NCBI GenBank assembly: GCA_963662665.2
Contig: CAXXJS010000050.1
Location: 64,001-128,000, forward strand
Reading direction: 5' to 3'
DNA: 64,000 nucleotides
Source: Candidatus Latescibacterota bacterium
GTDB lineage: Bacteria; Latescibacterota; UBA2968; GCA-2709665
The stretch's first letter is position 1, and each line of letters opens with the position of its first letter. Positions 10,579-21,320 of this stretch are shown piece after piece. The position numbers and the translations under genes are program-made. Below the pieces are notes generated by a model, which worked only from the letters and a program-made list of their open reading frames with translations, did no database searches and was not told the DNA's origin.

Positions 10579-11517
10579 TCAGACGCGGACGAGCTTGCGG
10601 AAACTGCGCATTTCCCGGGGAGGATCCAGTTGCGAACCGAAGGCGCTCCAGGACACTTCTCCAACGTAGATATCCCCATGCGAATCCACCGCCAGCCCGT
10701 GCGGAGCAGTGAACTGACCCGGACCCTCGCCGGACATGGGGTCTCCCAGTCTTGCAAGGCGGTTGCCCGCCGGATCGTGAATACTTACGCATGAGCCCAC
10801 GTTGGGATAGGCTGCGTTAACCTCCAGTTGCGTGGGCAGCTGCCCGACGTACACGAGGTCGTCGTCGATGTGCAGGCCGCATGGGCGGTGCAGATTGTTC
10901 CACTGCGTAAGATAGTTGCCCTCGGGGTCGAATACCTGCACTCGGTGGTTTTCCCGGTCGGCGATATAGACGGATCCGCGGCTGTCCGTACAGACGCTGT
11001 GTACCAGGTTGAACCGGCCGGGGTCCGTTCCGTAGTCACCCCAGGAGAACAGGTGTTCCCCTTCCGGCGAGAACTTGTGCACCCGTGCGTTGCCGTAACC
11101 GTCCGAAATATAGAGGTCTCCGGTTGCAGGATCGAAGGCCACTTTGGTAGGCTGGTTGAACGGCGTCCCGCTTTGAGCCGGGGCGCCCCGACCCGGGGTT
11201 CCAATCACCATCAATACCTCGCCATCCAGCGTACACTTCCTGACGCAGTGACCCTGGTCGTCCACGCAATACAGCATCCCGTCCGGACCCAGCGTCAGGC
11301 CGTGGGGGCGCACAAACAGGCCCTCGCCCCAGGATGACAGGAATTGCCCGTTTCTGTCGAACACGATAACCGGATGTTTGCCGCGGTTGAACACGTAAAC
11401 CCGGTCGTCTGAATCCACGACCATATCCACCACCTCTTTGAATCGCCAGCCGCGGGGCAAACGCGCCCAGTCGGACTGTTCCTCATACTGGTATTTGCCG
11501 CTGCCCAGAAGCGCCAT
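10579..11517 (-). CDS. NHL-repeat beta-propeller protein (PAL-like)
   Basis: Repeated FxxPHG/LYxxD/RVxxF units; SDGYGNARVHKF and ADRENHRVQVF. Confidence 0.85.
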   Translation of the reverse strand: MALLGSGKYQYEEQSDWARLPRGWRFKEVVDMVVDSDDRVYVFNRGKHPVIVFDRNGQFLSSWGEGLFVRPHGLTLGPDGMLYCVDDQGHCVRKCTLDGEVLMVIGTPGRGAPAQSGTPFNQPTKVAFDPATGDLYISDGYGNARVHKFSPEGEHLFSWGDYGTDPGRFNLVHSVCTDSRGSVYIADRENHRVQVFDPEGNYLTQWNNLHRPCGLHIDDDLVYVGQLPTQLEVNAAYPNVGSCVSIHDPAGNRLARLGDPMSGEGPGQFTAPHGLAVDSHGDIYVGEVSWSAFGSQLDPPREMRSFRKLVRV

Positions 11518-11832
11518 AGAATACCCCTTTTGTCATAGTTGATTGATGGACCCCCACTGCGGGGCGCGCGTGCGGGAACCACCCGGTACCGCGAAGTTCA
11601 CTGAATTCCGTGCGTGATTCTATCGGTGTCCAGTATACGCCACCGCATTCCGGCCTGTCAACCGGAACACGCGCCGCCGGCAGGAGACCCGTCGCAAGTC
11701 CGGAATCTTGCGCCATCCGTTTACGGGGCACAAATTTCTTGTCTATGTCCAAACACCGCGCTATCTTTTCGCCGTACGTCACTCGAACAGGCAGCGAATT
11801 CCATAACCCAACGCACACAGGAAACCGACTTT

Positions 11833-12105
11833 ATGAACATTTTTCCCGTTCACGCCGCCTTCAGGGGGTTCCAGTGCGACCTCCCGGATGCGCGTATCCT
11901 GAATTGCATCCAGCAGGCGCTGAATGCCGGAAAGCTGAAGCGTCCCTCATTCACGCGCTGGCCCGGGGGCGAACCGATCTCCGTCCACGTCGGTGAGTCC
12001 CATCTGACGAACTGGAGGCGCCAGTACCATGAAGGCGTGAACGTGGACATTCCCGCACACGCGGCGCAAGAGCTGGACGACATTCTCGGCGTGCCCCGCA
12101 CGTGA
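11833..12105 (+). CDS. Hypothetical 90-aa protein
   Basis: ATG behind an AGGA RBS-like sequence, in the same direction as the PhyH gene; no family recognised. Confidence 0.5.
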   Translation: MNIFPVHAAFRGFQCDLPDARILNCIQQALNAGKLKRPSFTRWPGGEPISVHVGESHLTNWRRQYHEGVNVDIPAHAAQELDDILGVPRT

Positions 12106-12169
12106 ACGAAACCGGGGACGTTGGGGGGTAGTGGAACTTCCATCTCCAACCCGGAAAAAGGAGTCTGCA

Positions 12170-12979
12170 ATGGACGACGAAGAGAGATATTTCTTTGATC
12201 TCAACGGCTATCTCGTGGTTGAGAACGCCCTCTCCTCAGCGGAAGTCGCCGCGTGCAACGAAGCCATCGACCGGAACGGCCACCAGATTCGAGAACGTCC
12301 CGATGAACAATCCCTCTCGGGTAAATCCAAAACGTTAAAGGGTGAGCAGGGCCGCGGCGACCTGGGCGGCATGCTCACCTGGCCGAAGCCCTGGTGCCAG
12401 CCCTTCAGAGACCTGCTGGCTCATCCGGCAATCGTACCGTATCTCAACGAATTGTTGCGCGAAGGCTTCCGCCTGGACCACGTCTACGGTATCATCATGC
12501 GCCAGGGAACGGAAGGACACGTACTGCACGGCGGCGGCACTACGGACGACCTGACCCATTTCTACCAGTTCCACAATGGCAGGATGCGATGCGGTCTTAC
12601 GGTTGTCGCCTGGATGTTTACAGACTGCGGACCTGGAGACGGGGGCTTAGCGTGTATACCAGGCAGCCACAAATCCAATTATCCGACCCCGAGGGGCGTG
12701 GCTCTGCTGGATAGAGACATCGGCGTGGTGCGGCAGGTGGAGGCGAAAGCAGGTTCGGCCGTAATCTTCACCGAAGCCCTCACCCACGGCACCATGCCCT
12801 GGACGGCCGAACATCAGCGGCGGTCCATTCTGTACAAATACGCGCCGGGACCACTGACCTATGCGAAGGTGTACGTGCCTCAGGGCGTGGAGAACGTAAT
12901 GGACGAATTCACGCCTGCGCAGCGCGCCGTGCTGGAACCGCCGTACCGCACCCAGCGGCCGACACTCGCGGGCAGCTGA
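12170..12979 (+). CDS. Phytanoyl-CoA dioxygenase (PhyH) family protein
   Basis: YFFDLNGYLVV, IPGSHK, AGSAVIFTEALTHGT; AAGGAG RBS. Confidence 0.85.
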   Translation: MDDEERYFFDLNGYLVVENALSSAEVAACNEAIDRNGHQIRERPDEQSLSGKSKTLKGEQGRGDLGGMLTWPKPWCQPFRDLLAHPAIVPYLNELLREGFRLDHVYGIIMRQGTEGHVLHGGGTTDDLTHFYQFHNGRMRCGLTVVAWMFTDCGPGDGGLACIPGSHKSNYPTPRGVALLDRDIGVVRQVEAKAGSAVIFTEALTHGTMPWTAEHQRRSILYKYAPGPLTYAKVYVPQGVENVMDEFTPAQRAVLEPPYRTQRPTLAGS

Positions 12980-13145
12980 CCCTATTGAATGCGCCCGCGC
13001 ACGGACAGCGCCAGGGGTAGGGCCCCGACACGGCAGAATCCGGGTGCCGATAACCCGCAATCGGATTTATCGCAAGAGATAGCCCCGGTCTGATTCGACC
13101 GGGGCTATCGCACAATTCCTATCGTCCATCCCGCCAATGCCGGGC

Positions 13146-14294
13146 CTACAAATAATTCACACCATACCAAAGTGCAGGTATCGGGAACACCTGCGCAAGG
13201 ATCTCGCCCGCACGACCTCCGGACTTCAGCAGGGCCTCTTCGACGCCGTCCAGCGTGCCGAATATCAACTGCACCGCCGCCCCCTGGTCGGGCGCCACCA
13301 CGCGGTCGCCCCCATACGAGAAGATCATCTCGTCTCCCTGCTCCGTGAAGACCAGGCTTTGCGCTTCCGTCTCTCCCACCACCTCCGCAAAGTAGGGCCG
13401 CATCCGCTCCATGAACTGGACGAAATTGATCAGTGTGACCGTTCCCGATGAATTGGCCGGTGCGCCCGTAAGCCCTCTCGACTGAAGACAATCCTGGAAC
13501 CAGCGGTCGCAGCCCATCACGTGGACGCCGAGCGCCCGGAGGTCCAGTTTCCGGATCAGCTTGCCGAGCGCGCCGGCCAGGCACCCTCGATCTCCTGCCG
13601 CCTCCTGTACCGGTATCCGGTCGTCCGCCTCGCGGGGCTGCTGCACGATCACGTATCCCCGCGTCATCCCGGCTTCACACACTTTGTACACCAGCGCGGG
13701 CCGGTTCATCACAAACCCGTTGAAGGCGTGGGTATAGTCGGAAGGGGGCCGCATCCACCGCACGGGCTCCTCCCGGTACACCGACGCCATCGCGGGCACG
13801 TCGTCCGGAGATGCCTCCACCAGTTCCACGCTCGCGTCGTCGAAATCTCCGGCCCTTTCCGCGGACACGGAAAATTCCCAGTCGCGGCCCACGTACCGGC
13901 AACCGAACCGGTGGTACATCTTGCGATACCCTGAAACCAGCATGAAGTCCACCCCGTCTTCCCGGCAGACGCGCATCGTGTCTTCAAACAGGGCCGTTGC
14001 GTACCCATTGCCGCGGTGTTCTTCGTACGTGGCCACCCCGCCCAGGGACGACGCGCGCACCGTGCATCCGAATATGGACGCGTTCCGCCGCAGCGCGCCG
14101 ATGTGGGAAACGACCCGGCCGTTTGCCACCACCACCCGCATTTCCCCGGCGTGCGCCGGGGTGTAGAAGTGGGGGTATTCTTCCGCGAGTCCGGGCCGGA
14201 ACACCGTGTGGACCAGGTCGCACAGACTCTGGAATTCACCGGGATGCAGGCTGCGCATGCCATCGCGCCAGGAAGAATCGGGTTCTCTGGGCAT
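13146..14294 (-). CDS. GNAT N-acetyltransferase (Eis-like)
   Basis: LGGVATYEEHRGNGYA acetyl-CoA motif A and MYHRFG; length fits tandem GNAT domains. Confidence 0.8.
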   Translation of the reverse strand: MPREPDSSWRDGMRSLHPGEFQSLCDLVHTVFRPGLAEEYPHFYTPAHAGEMRVVVANGRVVSHIGALRRNASIFGCTVRASSLGGVATYEEHRGNGYATALFEDTMRVCREDGVDFMLVSGYRKMYHRFGCRYVGRDWEFSVSAERAGDFDDASVELVEASPDDVPAMASVYREEPVRWMRPPSDYTHAFNGFVMNRPALVYKVCEAGMTRGYVIVQQPREADDRIPVQEAAGDRGCLAGALGKLIRKLDLRALGVHVMGCDRWFQDCLQSRGLTGAPANSSGTVTLINFVQFMERMRPYFAEVVGETEAQSLVFTEQGDEMIFSYGGDRVVAPDQGAAVQLIFGTLDGVEEALLKSGGRAGEILAQVFPIPALWYGVNYL

Positions 14295-14425
14295 TCTGGC
14301 CTCCCTTCACCTGGAAACGGGTAGTCTCCAACGAGTCAGACTTACTGCTAAAAAATGATTTGAAACCGAATTCACCCGGGCCGGGACGGACAGACGGGGA
14401 TTATGGCAGTATCCGACGCCGTCGT

Positions 14426-15373
14426 CTACGCCTCTTCCCCCGACATAAAACCAGGCACGCTGAAATATCGTTCCGCCGAATCGCAGATCACCGTGATAAC
14501 GCGCCGGCCTTCGCCCAATTCCTCCGCCACCTGTAGCGCGGCCCAGACGTTTGCCCCGGCCGAAATGCCGCTCAGGATACCCTCTTCGGCCGCAAGGCGT
14601 CTGGAGGTTTCGAACGCATCCGCCGCGGTCGCGCAAATCACGCTATCGTAGACTCCCCGGTTCAGAACCTCGGGAACGAACCCCGCGCCGATGCCCTGGA
14701 TGTCGTGAAGCCCCGGCGCACCGCCGGACAGCACGTTGGACCGCTCCGGTTCCACCGCCACCACCAGGACGCCGGGCATTTCCGCTTTCAGGACCTCGCC
14801 CACGCCCGTGATGGTGCCGCCGGTGCCCACGCCGGCCACGAACGCGTCCAACCGCCCCTGGACCGCATCCATGATCTCGCGCGCGGTTGTGCGCCGGTGC
14901 ACCTCCGGATTGGCGGGATTGGCGAACTGCTGCGGCATGAACGTGTTGTCGGGGGCTTCACGCGCGATGCGCAACGCCTCGTCCACGGCGCCCTGCATGT
15001 CCTCCACGCCCGGCGTGAGCACCACCTCGGCCCCAAAGCTCTGCAAAAGGTCCCGCCTCTCACGGCTCATGGAATCCGGCATGGTGAGAACCAGCCGGTA
15101 TCCCTTTGCCGCCGCCACCAGCGCCAGGCCGATGCCCGTATTCCCGCTGGTGGGCTCAACAATGGTCATACCGGGCTTCAGACTGCCGTCCTGCTGTGCC
15201 GCATCGACCATGGCGTACGCAATCCGGTCCTTCACGGAAGCCACGGGGTTGGCGGCCTCGATTTTAACGGCAACCTCGGCCATGCCCGGTTCCACCATCC
15301 GGTTCAGCTGCACCATCGGCGTGTCGCCGATCAGTTCAAGAATATCGTCCGCCACCGCATTCGCCAATGGCAT
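14426..15373 (-). CDS. cysK: Cysteine synthase A
   Basis: SVKDRIA (PLP lysine), EPTSGNTGIG, GVGTGGT, IQGIGAGF. Confidence 0.95.
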   Translation of the reverse strand: MPLANAVADDILELIGDTPMVQLNRMVEPGMAEVAVKIEAANPVASVKDRIAYAMVDAAQQDGSLKPGMTIVEPTSGNTGIGLALVAAAKGYRLVLTMPDSMSRERRDLLQSFGAEVVLTPGVEDMQGAVDEALRIAREAPDNTFMPQQFANPANPEVHRRTTAREIMDAVQGRLDAFVAGVGTGGTITGVGEVLKAEMPGVLVVAVEPERSNVLSGGAPGLHDIQGIGAGFVPEVLNRGVYDSVICATAADAFETSRRLAAEEGILSGISAGANVWAALQVAEELGEGRRVITVICDSAERYFSVPGFMSGEEA

Positions 15374-15451
15374 GTTGTTCCTCTCGAAGCCTTCAGCCGG
15401 TTCCGGTCAGCGCGTTTGATCCGGCAATCCGGTAGGGTACAAATCCATCGA

Positions 15452-15910
15452 TCAGACGTCCTCTGTTCTGACACTGCTGTTTGCCACGGCCTGGATCGCC
15501 ATTTTTCCCAGCCGCTGGATATCTTCGGCGATCGTATCGTCCTCCAGGTCGGCAGGGCCGCACCAACGGAAACCCTCCGCCTCGGAGGCGGCCACTTTCA
15601 GGCTGCCCCCCGTCACGCGGGCGAAATAGATCAGGTCTATGTGCTGATGATCGGCGGAAATCTGTTCCAGGAGAATACACTCGGGGCGGCTCAGCACGTC
15701 CACGGTGCCCATCCGGGACCGCGGCGAAAGCAGGGCCACCTCCAGGCCGCATTCTTCCAGGACCTCACGGACGGCCGCATCGCACGGCAGTTCGTCCTTA
15801 TCGATATGCCCGCCCGGCGGAAGCCAAAGCCTGAGCCGCTTGTGAAAAAGCAACAACGTTCTGCCGTCCTGAACGATAAACGTGGTTGCGGTGAAATCTC
15901 GCGTTGTCAT
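15452..15910 (-). CDS. NUDIX hydrolase
   Basis: Nudix box GGHIDKDELPCDAAVREVLEECGL; start MTTRDF at 15910. Confidence 0.88.
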   Translation of the reverse strand: MTTRDFTATTFIVQDGRTLLLFHKRLRLWLPPGGHIDKDELPCDAAVREVLEECGLEVALLSPRSRMGTVDVLSRPECILLEQISADHQHIDLIYFARVTGGSLKVAASEAEGFRWCGPADLEDDTIAEDIQRLGKMAIQAVANSSVRTEDV

Positions 15911-16102
15911 CCTTCCGAATATACCTTGCGTCGTCCATGGGGGAAAGAAAAAAGCGACTGTGATTTGTGTGATTAGAACCTGATTAGCGTGATTGAGGCA
16001 ATGGCGTTTAATAAGAATGGAAAGGATGAACAGGATAAAACCAGCCGCGGCTACGCGTCGTTCAGGCGCAAATAGACGGACGGTGTGGCAGCACATCCGT
16101 AT

Positions 16103-16187
16103 CACTCCCCCCTTGAGGGGGAGTCGCAGAAGCCGAGCCGATCCCTGAGCCTGTCGAAGGGCCGGCGACGGCTGATGCGGTGGGGGG
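16103..16187. repeat. Palindromic REP-like element with a nested CCCTGAGCCTGTCGAAGGG unit
   Basis: CTCCCCC-TTGA-GGGGGAG hairpin, internal CCCTGAGCCTGTCGAAGGG, ending in GGTGGGGGG. Confidence 0.6.
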
Positions 16188-16299
16188 AATTCAACAACGA
16201 ATGGTGCATGTTTCAGTTTTGGTCGTAATCCTGCCTATCCTGTGCATCCATGTAGTGTATTGTTTTGGGAGGCGGGTAGGGGGTGACGTTAATCTGTGT

Positions 16300-16680
16300 C
16301 TACCAGATGGTCTGTGAATAGAACGCCTGGATTATTGAATTGGAGGTGACGATGGGGCAGGCGTTCAGGCTGGCGGTTGCGACAATGATCCGATCGGCAG
16401 GGTCGCGATGGTCCCAGTCGAGTTCGAGGCTTTTGATCCAGGTCCGCGTGCATACGGGCAGGATATCGATACGGTCGACTTGCTCCAGTTTATCCGTGAA
16501 TTCCTGAATCGAAACCGGAATTAGTAGCTGTTCCTTCTTGACTTTAATACCGATTTCCCATATCGATATGTCGCTCAGGGCAATCCTGTCGTAGTCGGAG
16601 ATCGCCTGTTCGGCAGCCTGAGACAGCCGATCCGGATCCAGTGTCCAGAACACAAGGGCCGACGTGTCCAACAGGACCAT
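16300..16680 (-). CDS. vapC: Type II toxin, VapC/PIN domain
   Basis: VLLDTSAL, SIWEI, HRDPADRII; start overlaps the antitoxin stop. Confidence 0.9.
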   Translation of the reverse strand: MVLLDTSALVFWTLDPDRLSQAAEQAISDYDRIALSDISIWEIGIKVKKEQLLIPVSIQEFTDKLEQVDRIDILPVCTRTWIKSLELDWDHRDPADRIIVATASLNACPIVTSNSIIQAFYSQTIW

Positions 16681-16910
16681 CACAGGTCAGTCCATTCATC
16701 GGTGGTTGGCAAATTGACGTCTTCGCGGTAGATCGCGCCCCCCTGAATGGCGCCGAACACCTCTTCTACGGTCTTTTTTGGTTCAATAGGCTGAATGCGC
16801 AAAACCGGCCGCCTTCGATCCGTGACAATCAGTTCTTCGCCGGTTTTCTCAAGCTCGCGAAAGACTCGTAGCATATTGGCTTTCAGCTTGCTCTTCGAAA
16901 TGGATTGCAT
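16680..16910 (-). CDS. Type II antitoxin, Phd/YefM family
   Basis: MQSISKSKLKANMLRVFRELEKTGEELIVTDRRRPV; GGAGA RBS; coupled to vapC. Confidence 0.88.
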   Translation of the reverse strand: MQSISKSKLKANMLRVFRELEKTGEELIVTDRRRPVLRIQPIEPKKTVEEVFGAIQGGAIYREDVNLPTTDEWTDL

Positions 16911-16932
16911 GCGTTCTCCCAGGCTGAATAAG

Positions 16933-16984
16933 TGACTATAGTCATAACCATAGTCATTATACACAGAAATAAAATTCCTGTCAA
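16933..16984 (-). promoter_or_regulatory. Toxin-antitoxin promoter with tandem palindromic operators
   Basis: Perfect TTGACA-17-TATAAT (16984 to 16956); palindrome TGACTATAGTCA (16933-16944) and imperfect TAACCATAGTCA next to it, covering the expected start site. Confidence 0.8.
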
Positions 16985-17202
16985 CGAATTGTCTTACATA
17001 GTTTGACAGGGTTAACAAGATATATTGGCATTTTGCCACGAGGCTCGAAATTTGGGTCGTTTATATTATCGGCTGAATCTGGTTTTTCCGGATGCTATAC
17101 TGACTATCCCGAGCATCCATGTTTCCCACGTCTTCACGCGGGCCGGTAGCCGAATGCTGGCGCGCGGCCAACCGCTACCGCCATTTGTGACAACACCACT
17201 AA

Positions 17203-17393
17203 CCTTGATTAGTAATTCTTCGGGGAAGTAAAACCGAATATATGCAAGTAGATAAAGGCGATTTGACTTCGGATTACCAGGATACACCAGGTCACTGGAC
17301 GTGAATTGAAAAAACGTCCTTTTTGACGACCGTTACGCCCCGTTTCAGGGGTTTTCGTCGCGTCGCCTTGTTGCTGTTTTTTTCGAATTGGGG
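17203..17393 (+). mobile_element. ~190-bp MITE, copy 1 (IS1380-like ends)
   Basis: Near-identical inverted copy at 63801-63989; ends CCTTGATT...AATTGGGG flanked by a CTAA direct repeat. Confidence 0.8.
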
Positions 17394-17579
17394 CTAATCG
17401 CGCAGCCGGAACTTGATTTCGTCTACAGAAGCCGTCTCGAGGAACGATTCCAGTTCTTTCTTCAGGTTTTCCTTCGATTCGGCTATCGTGTTCCCCTGGC
17501 TCGCGATATCCAACTCTGGACAGAGCGCGACGTACCCTTCGCCGACTCGCTCAATAAATGCCGTCAACTGCCTTGCCAT
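17394..17579 (-). CDS. HicB-family antitoxin-like protein, probably truncated
   Basis: LTAFIER..GYVALCPELDIASQGNTIAE..ENLK; the stop lies in the MITE target duplication; no hicA. Confidence 0.7.
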   Translation of the reverse strand: MARQLTAFIERVGEGYVALCPELDIASQGNTIAESKENLKKELESFLETASVDEIKFRLRD

Positions 17580-17979
17580 CACCAACTCCGATCGGTCGAA
17601 ACCGATTCTCCAACACGGATATACAGGATGTACAGGATTATAACCCTCGAAAACCAGCTAACCCTGTGTACAGCCGCTGAGGGGTGCCGCTAATTTACAG
17701 ACGCCCGAACACCGTCATGGATTCACTGGAAATTCCCAAAAAAAAACCATCAGAACAGAGATGGACAGGATAAACGGGGCAACACACAGTCGAATCAATA
17801 CCTGCTCAACGAAAAAAGTGTTCCGGAAGTAAGGGATTTTAGCCCTGATCGAACGATGAACATCGAAGGGCTGCACGTCCGCTGCAAGAATTGCCAACGG
17901 ACTTTTGATTTTGTCCTGCCTATCCTGCCTGTGGGTACGCACGCAGACAGGTGCAACCATGTTCCCCTATTTCAATTCT

Positions 17980-18162
17980 TCAATGCAACCGTTGCTTGAT
18001 CTCAGAATCTGAGGCCGTCTCCAGGAACAACTCCAGCGCCTCTTTCAAATTATCCCTTGCTTCCGACACGGCTGTTCCCTGACTGGCGACGTACAGCTCA
18101 GGGCAGCGTGCGACGAAGCCGTCGTCTTCACGTTCGATAATCCTTGTCAGTTGCCGTGTCAT
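17980..18162 (-). CDS. HicB-family antitoxin-like protein, second copy
   Basis: LTRIIEREDDGFVARCPELYVASQGTAVSEARDNLKEALELFLE; paralog of 17394-17579; no hicA. Confidence 0.72.
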   Translation of the reverse strand: MTRQLTRIIEREDDGFVARCPELYVASQGTAVSEARDNLKEALELFLETASDSEIKQRLH

Positions 18163-18279
18163 CGCAAGCTCCCGACATGCGGATTACGTAGCTTCGCGGT
18201 TTGTTTCATCCTTCGCTTTTGCAGTCGACGTTAATCACAGTCCATCATTTTAATCATACGAATCACAGGCCTATCCTGT

Positions 18280-18894
<615 letters not shown>

Positions 18895-19205
18895 CAAGCG
18901 ACCCCCTTCTCTTCGCCAGAGTCAACACCACCAAACATGGATGGACAGGATTATAACTAAAAGAGACACTAAGACTATTCAAACATGGGCATCAATTTAC
19001 CAGCTTTTCAGTCCGTCTTCTCAGATCCGAAAACTGTCACGTCGTCATCCGTTTTCGCCCGAGCCATGCTGTACCCCGTCTGAATGGTTCTACCGCTTTT
19101 CTGGCCTTTTGCCTTTATCCTGCCTATCCTGCCTGCCTGTGCGTGTGGCACGCACGCAGACAGGTCTATCCATGTTCCCCTGCATCAATCCTCGATGGTC
19201 TTTTG

Positions 19206-19703
19206 CTACCAACCTCCAACCTGAGTCCGGTCCACGACATCCCGTGTCAGGATCTCGAACGCCGCGCCGAGGCCCTCCAGGCGGGCTTCTTCGCGATGGC
19301 CGGCGGCGCTGTAGATGCCGTATCCCTTCAGGCGTTTCTCCTCCCACAGCAGTTTCTTGTTTTTTACGTCGTAGCAACTGACGTCCAGATAGACCGATAT
19401 CTGGAACTGGTCCTCCTGACCCCGGTAGGTGAACGGGTCGTCCCGCACCTCTACAATCGTGCCGCGAAGCACCACGTCGGCACGGTCTTCGTCCATCACG
19501 CGCAGCGCCGCGTCCTGCAGGAACGCCTGGATCAGGCTGTCCGTGAGCGCCTGCTGTATTTCCGGCTCCAGACTCTCATTCTCCATCAGCGGAATGGCCA
19601 CCGAGCGAAAGCCGGAGCCACCTGTCGCGGAGGTCGAATAGTACGCACATCCGCCAAGCCAGAACATCACCAGCATGGCGCAGGGAAGGAGGGAACGCTT
19701 CAA
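19206..19703 (-). CDS. lptE: LptE-like lipoprotein
   Basis: Lipobox LGGC followed by AYY; SVAIPLMENES.EP and ADVVLRGTI. Confidence 0.75.
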   Translation of the reverse strand: MKRSLLPCAMLVMFWLGGCAYYSTSATGGSGFRSVAIPLMENESLEPEIQQALTDSLIQAFLQDAALRVMDEDRADVVLRGTIVEVRDDPFTYRGQEDQFQISVYLDVSCYDVKNKKLLWEEKRLKGYGIYSAAGHREEARLEGLGAAFEILTRDVVDRTQVGGW

Positions 19704-20188
19704 TCCGATTCCTCCGTCGCGTCTCCGGATTCCTCCTCGGTCGCCTCGGTGGACGCTTCTTCCTTCGGTGCTTCCGCGGACGCCTCCTGCTCCGGCGCCT
19801 CGGCTTCGGCGCTTTCGGCGGCATCGTCGCCGCTTTCCTCCGCGGCTGCTTCGCCGTCGGCCGTTGGCGCCTCGGCCTCATCGCCGGGTGCTTCCGTCTC
19901 GTCAGGCACCTTGTTCACTTCGTCGATGTAGTTCATTCTCAATTCGTACAGCGCGTGCTCGAGAAACTTCTGTTCGTTGTCGCTGAGATTGCCCTTCGTT
20001 TTCGCCTGCAGCATGCCCAGGATGTCAATCGTGTTTTTCGCCTGGGCAAGGTCCCGTTCCACCTTGTTGGACGCAGGGTTCATCACCTTGCCAAGATGCT
20101 GCCAGGCCGCCCCCTGAAACATCAGTACGATCTGCGTAAACAGAAACTCGTTTATCTGCTCCTGGGTAATGGGTTCACTTTCAGCCAT
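19700..20188 (-). CDS. DUF1844-domain protein with acidic tail
   Basis: LGKVMNP...DLAQAKNTIDILGMLQAKTKGNLS...LYELRMNY. Confidence 0.8.
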   Translation of the reverse strand: MAESEPITQEQINEFLFTQIVLMFQGAAWQHLGKVMNPASNKVERDLAQAKNTIDILGMLQAKTKGNLSDNEQKFLEHALYELRMNYIDEVNKVPDETEAPGDEAEAPTADGEAAAEESGDDAAESAEAEAPEQEASAEAPKEEASTEATEEESGDATEESD

Positions 20189-20391
20189 GTGGATAACCTC
20201 CTTTGGATAAATGATTTAAGCACTTCGTGGCCATGTATCTACAAGACTTGAATCAATAAGAGTAAGACGGAAGAGGGGAGAGGGGAGAGATCGCCTGCCT
20301 TGTAATGTTTCATCTCAGGCCGCAGGCAAGTCGGAGGCACAAATCGGGCAAGGATTTCCTCTACCGTCTCACGTCTCCCTTCTCCCCGACT

Positions 20392-21045
20392 TCAGGTTTT
20401 TCCGCTACCGTCTCCCGTCTCCCCGTTTAACGCGGCTGTCAGCCGCGCGATCGCCGTTTCAGCGTTCGCCCACCCTCGTACAATGTCCATCTGCCGCTCC
20501 CCGTGTTTCACGACCACGCTTGGAAACTCCCGGACGCCCATCGAGCGGCGAAGGTTGAAGCCTTCCTGCAATTCCGCCTCTATCTCAGGTGATCTGATGT
20601 CCCGCTCAAACCGGTCCGCGTCCAGCGGCGGCGAAAGCGATCCGGCAATCGCGGTCAGCGTCTCAATATCCGAGGGGTTCCGCGCCTCCCGGTAATACGC
20701 ACGCTGGATGGCGTCGAACATATCTGGCACGGCGTCCACTCGCTGCGCCCTCGCCGCCAGCACCGCGCGGCAGGCGGGGTAGGTCGACCGGCGGGGATCG
20801 CATTCGCGCCAGAAGTCCCAGTTGAATTCCGCCCCGGTCGCTGCCGCGACTTCCCGCCAGTTCCGCTTAACGTACTCACGTGTCTCCTCGGGCATCGGTT
20901 CGTTCGAATCCCTTGCCAGACCGCCCATCACGTACACCGTCTGAACAGCCTCCGGAAGGGCCGAAACGATCTCCCGCAGCACCGGCCTGAACCCCCAGCA
21001 CCACGAACACATCGGGTCTGCCACGTAATAGAGTCGTTGGTCCAT
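20392..21045 (-). CDS. DsbA-family protein
   Basis: DPMCSWCWGF, TYPACRA, GVREFPS (cis-proline). Confidence 0.88.
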   Translation of the reverse strand: MDQRLYYVADPMCSWCWGFRPVLREIVSALPEAVQTVYVMGGLARDSNEPMPEETREYVKRNWREVAAATGAEFNWDFWRECDPRRSTYPACRAVLAARAQRVDAVPDMFDAIQRAYYREARNPSDIETLTAIAGSLSPPLDADRFERDIRSPEIEAELQEGFNLRRSMGVREFPSVVVKHGERQMDIVRGWANAETAIARLTAALNGETGDGSGKT

Positions 21046-21320
21046 TTTTCGCTCCCTGGCAAAGAGGCGACGGGCACTTTCAGCGGGCTGTTAAGGTACA
21101 ATATTAAAGACGCGGGTTGAAAAAGGCAAGCGTATCGATCCTGTCTGAATCCGCGCGGCGACGATTTAGTGCGCCTTTCCGGCGGCGCGATAGAATCCGC
21201 TTGCGCTGGTGCGATGATTATTTGTACTTTCATCCCCGCTGAATTTGCCAGCCTCCGTCCCGTGCGGGAATCCGGTAGCGGGACCTCGAAATCGGAAAAC
21301 ACACAAAAAGGAGGTCGCCC

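Noticed and set aside
11520-11830. Riboswitch in the NHL/PhyH divergent region
   Set aside because: Small hairpins only; no aptamer consensus recognised.
17066-17287. 73-aa ORF crossing the MITE end
   Set aside because: It spans the element boundary and has no recognisable domain; probably incidental.
20260-20392. GAGAGGG/GAGACG heptamer inverted repeats as an ncRNA
   Set aside because: Only a loose intergenic palindrome; no conserved RNA motif recognised.
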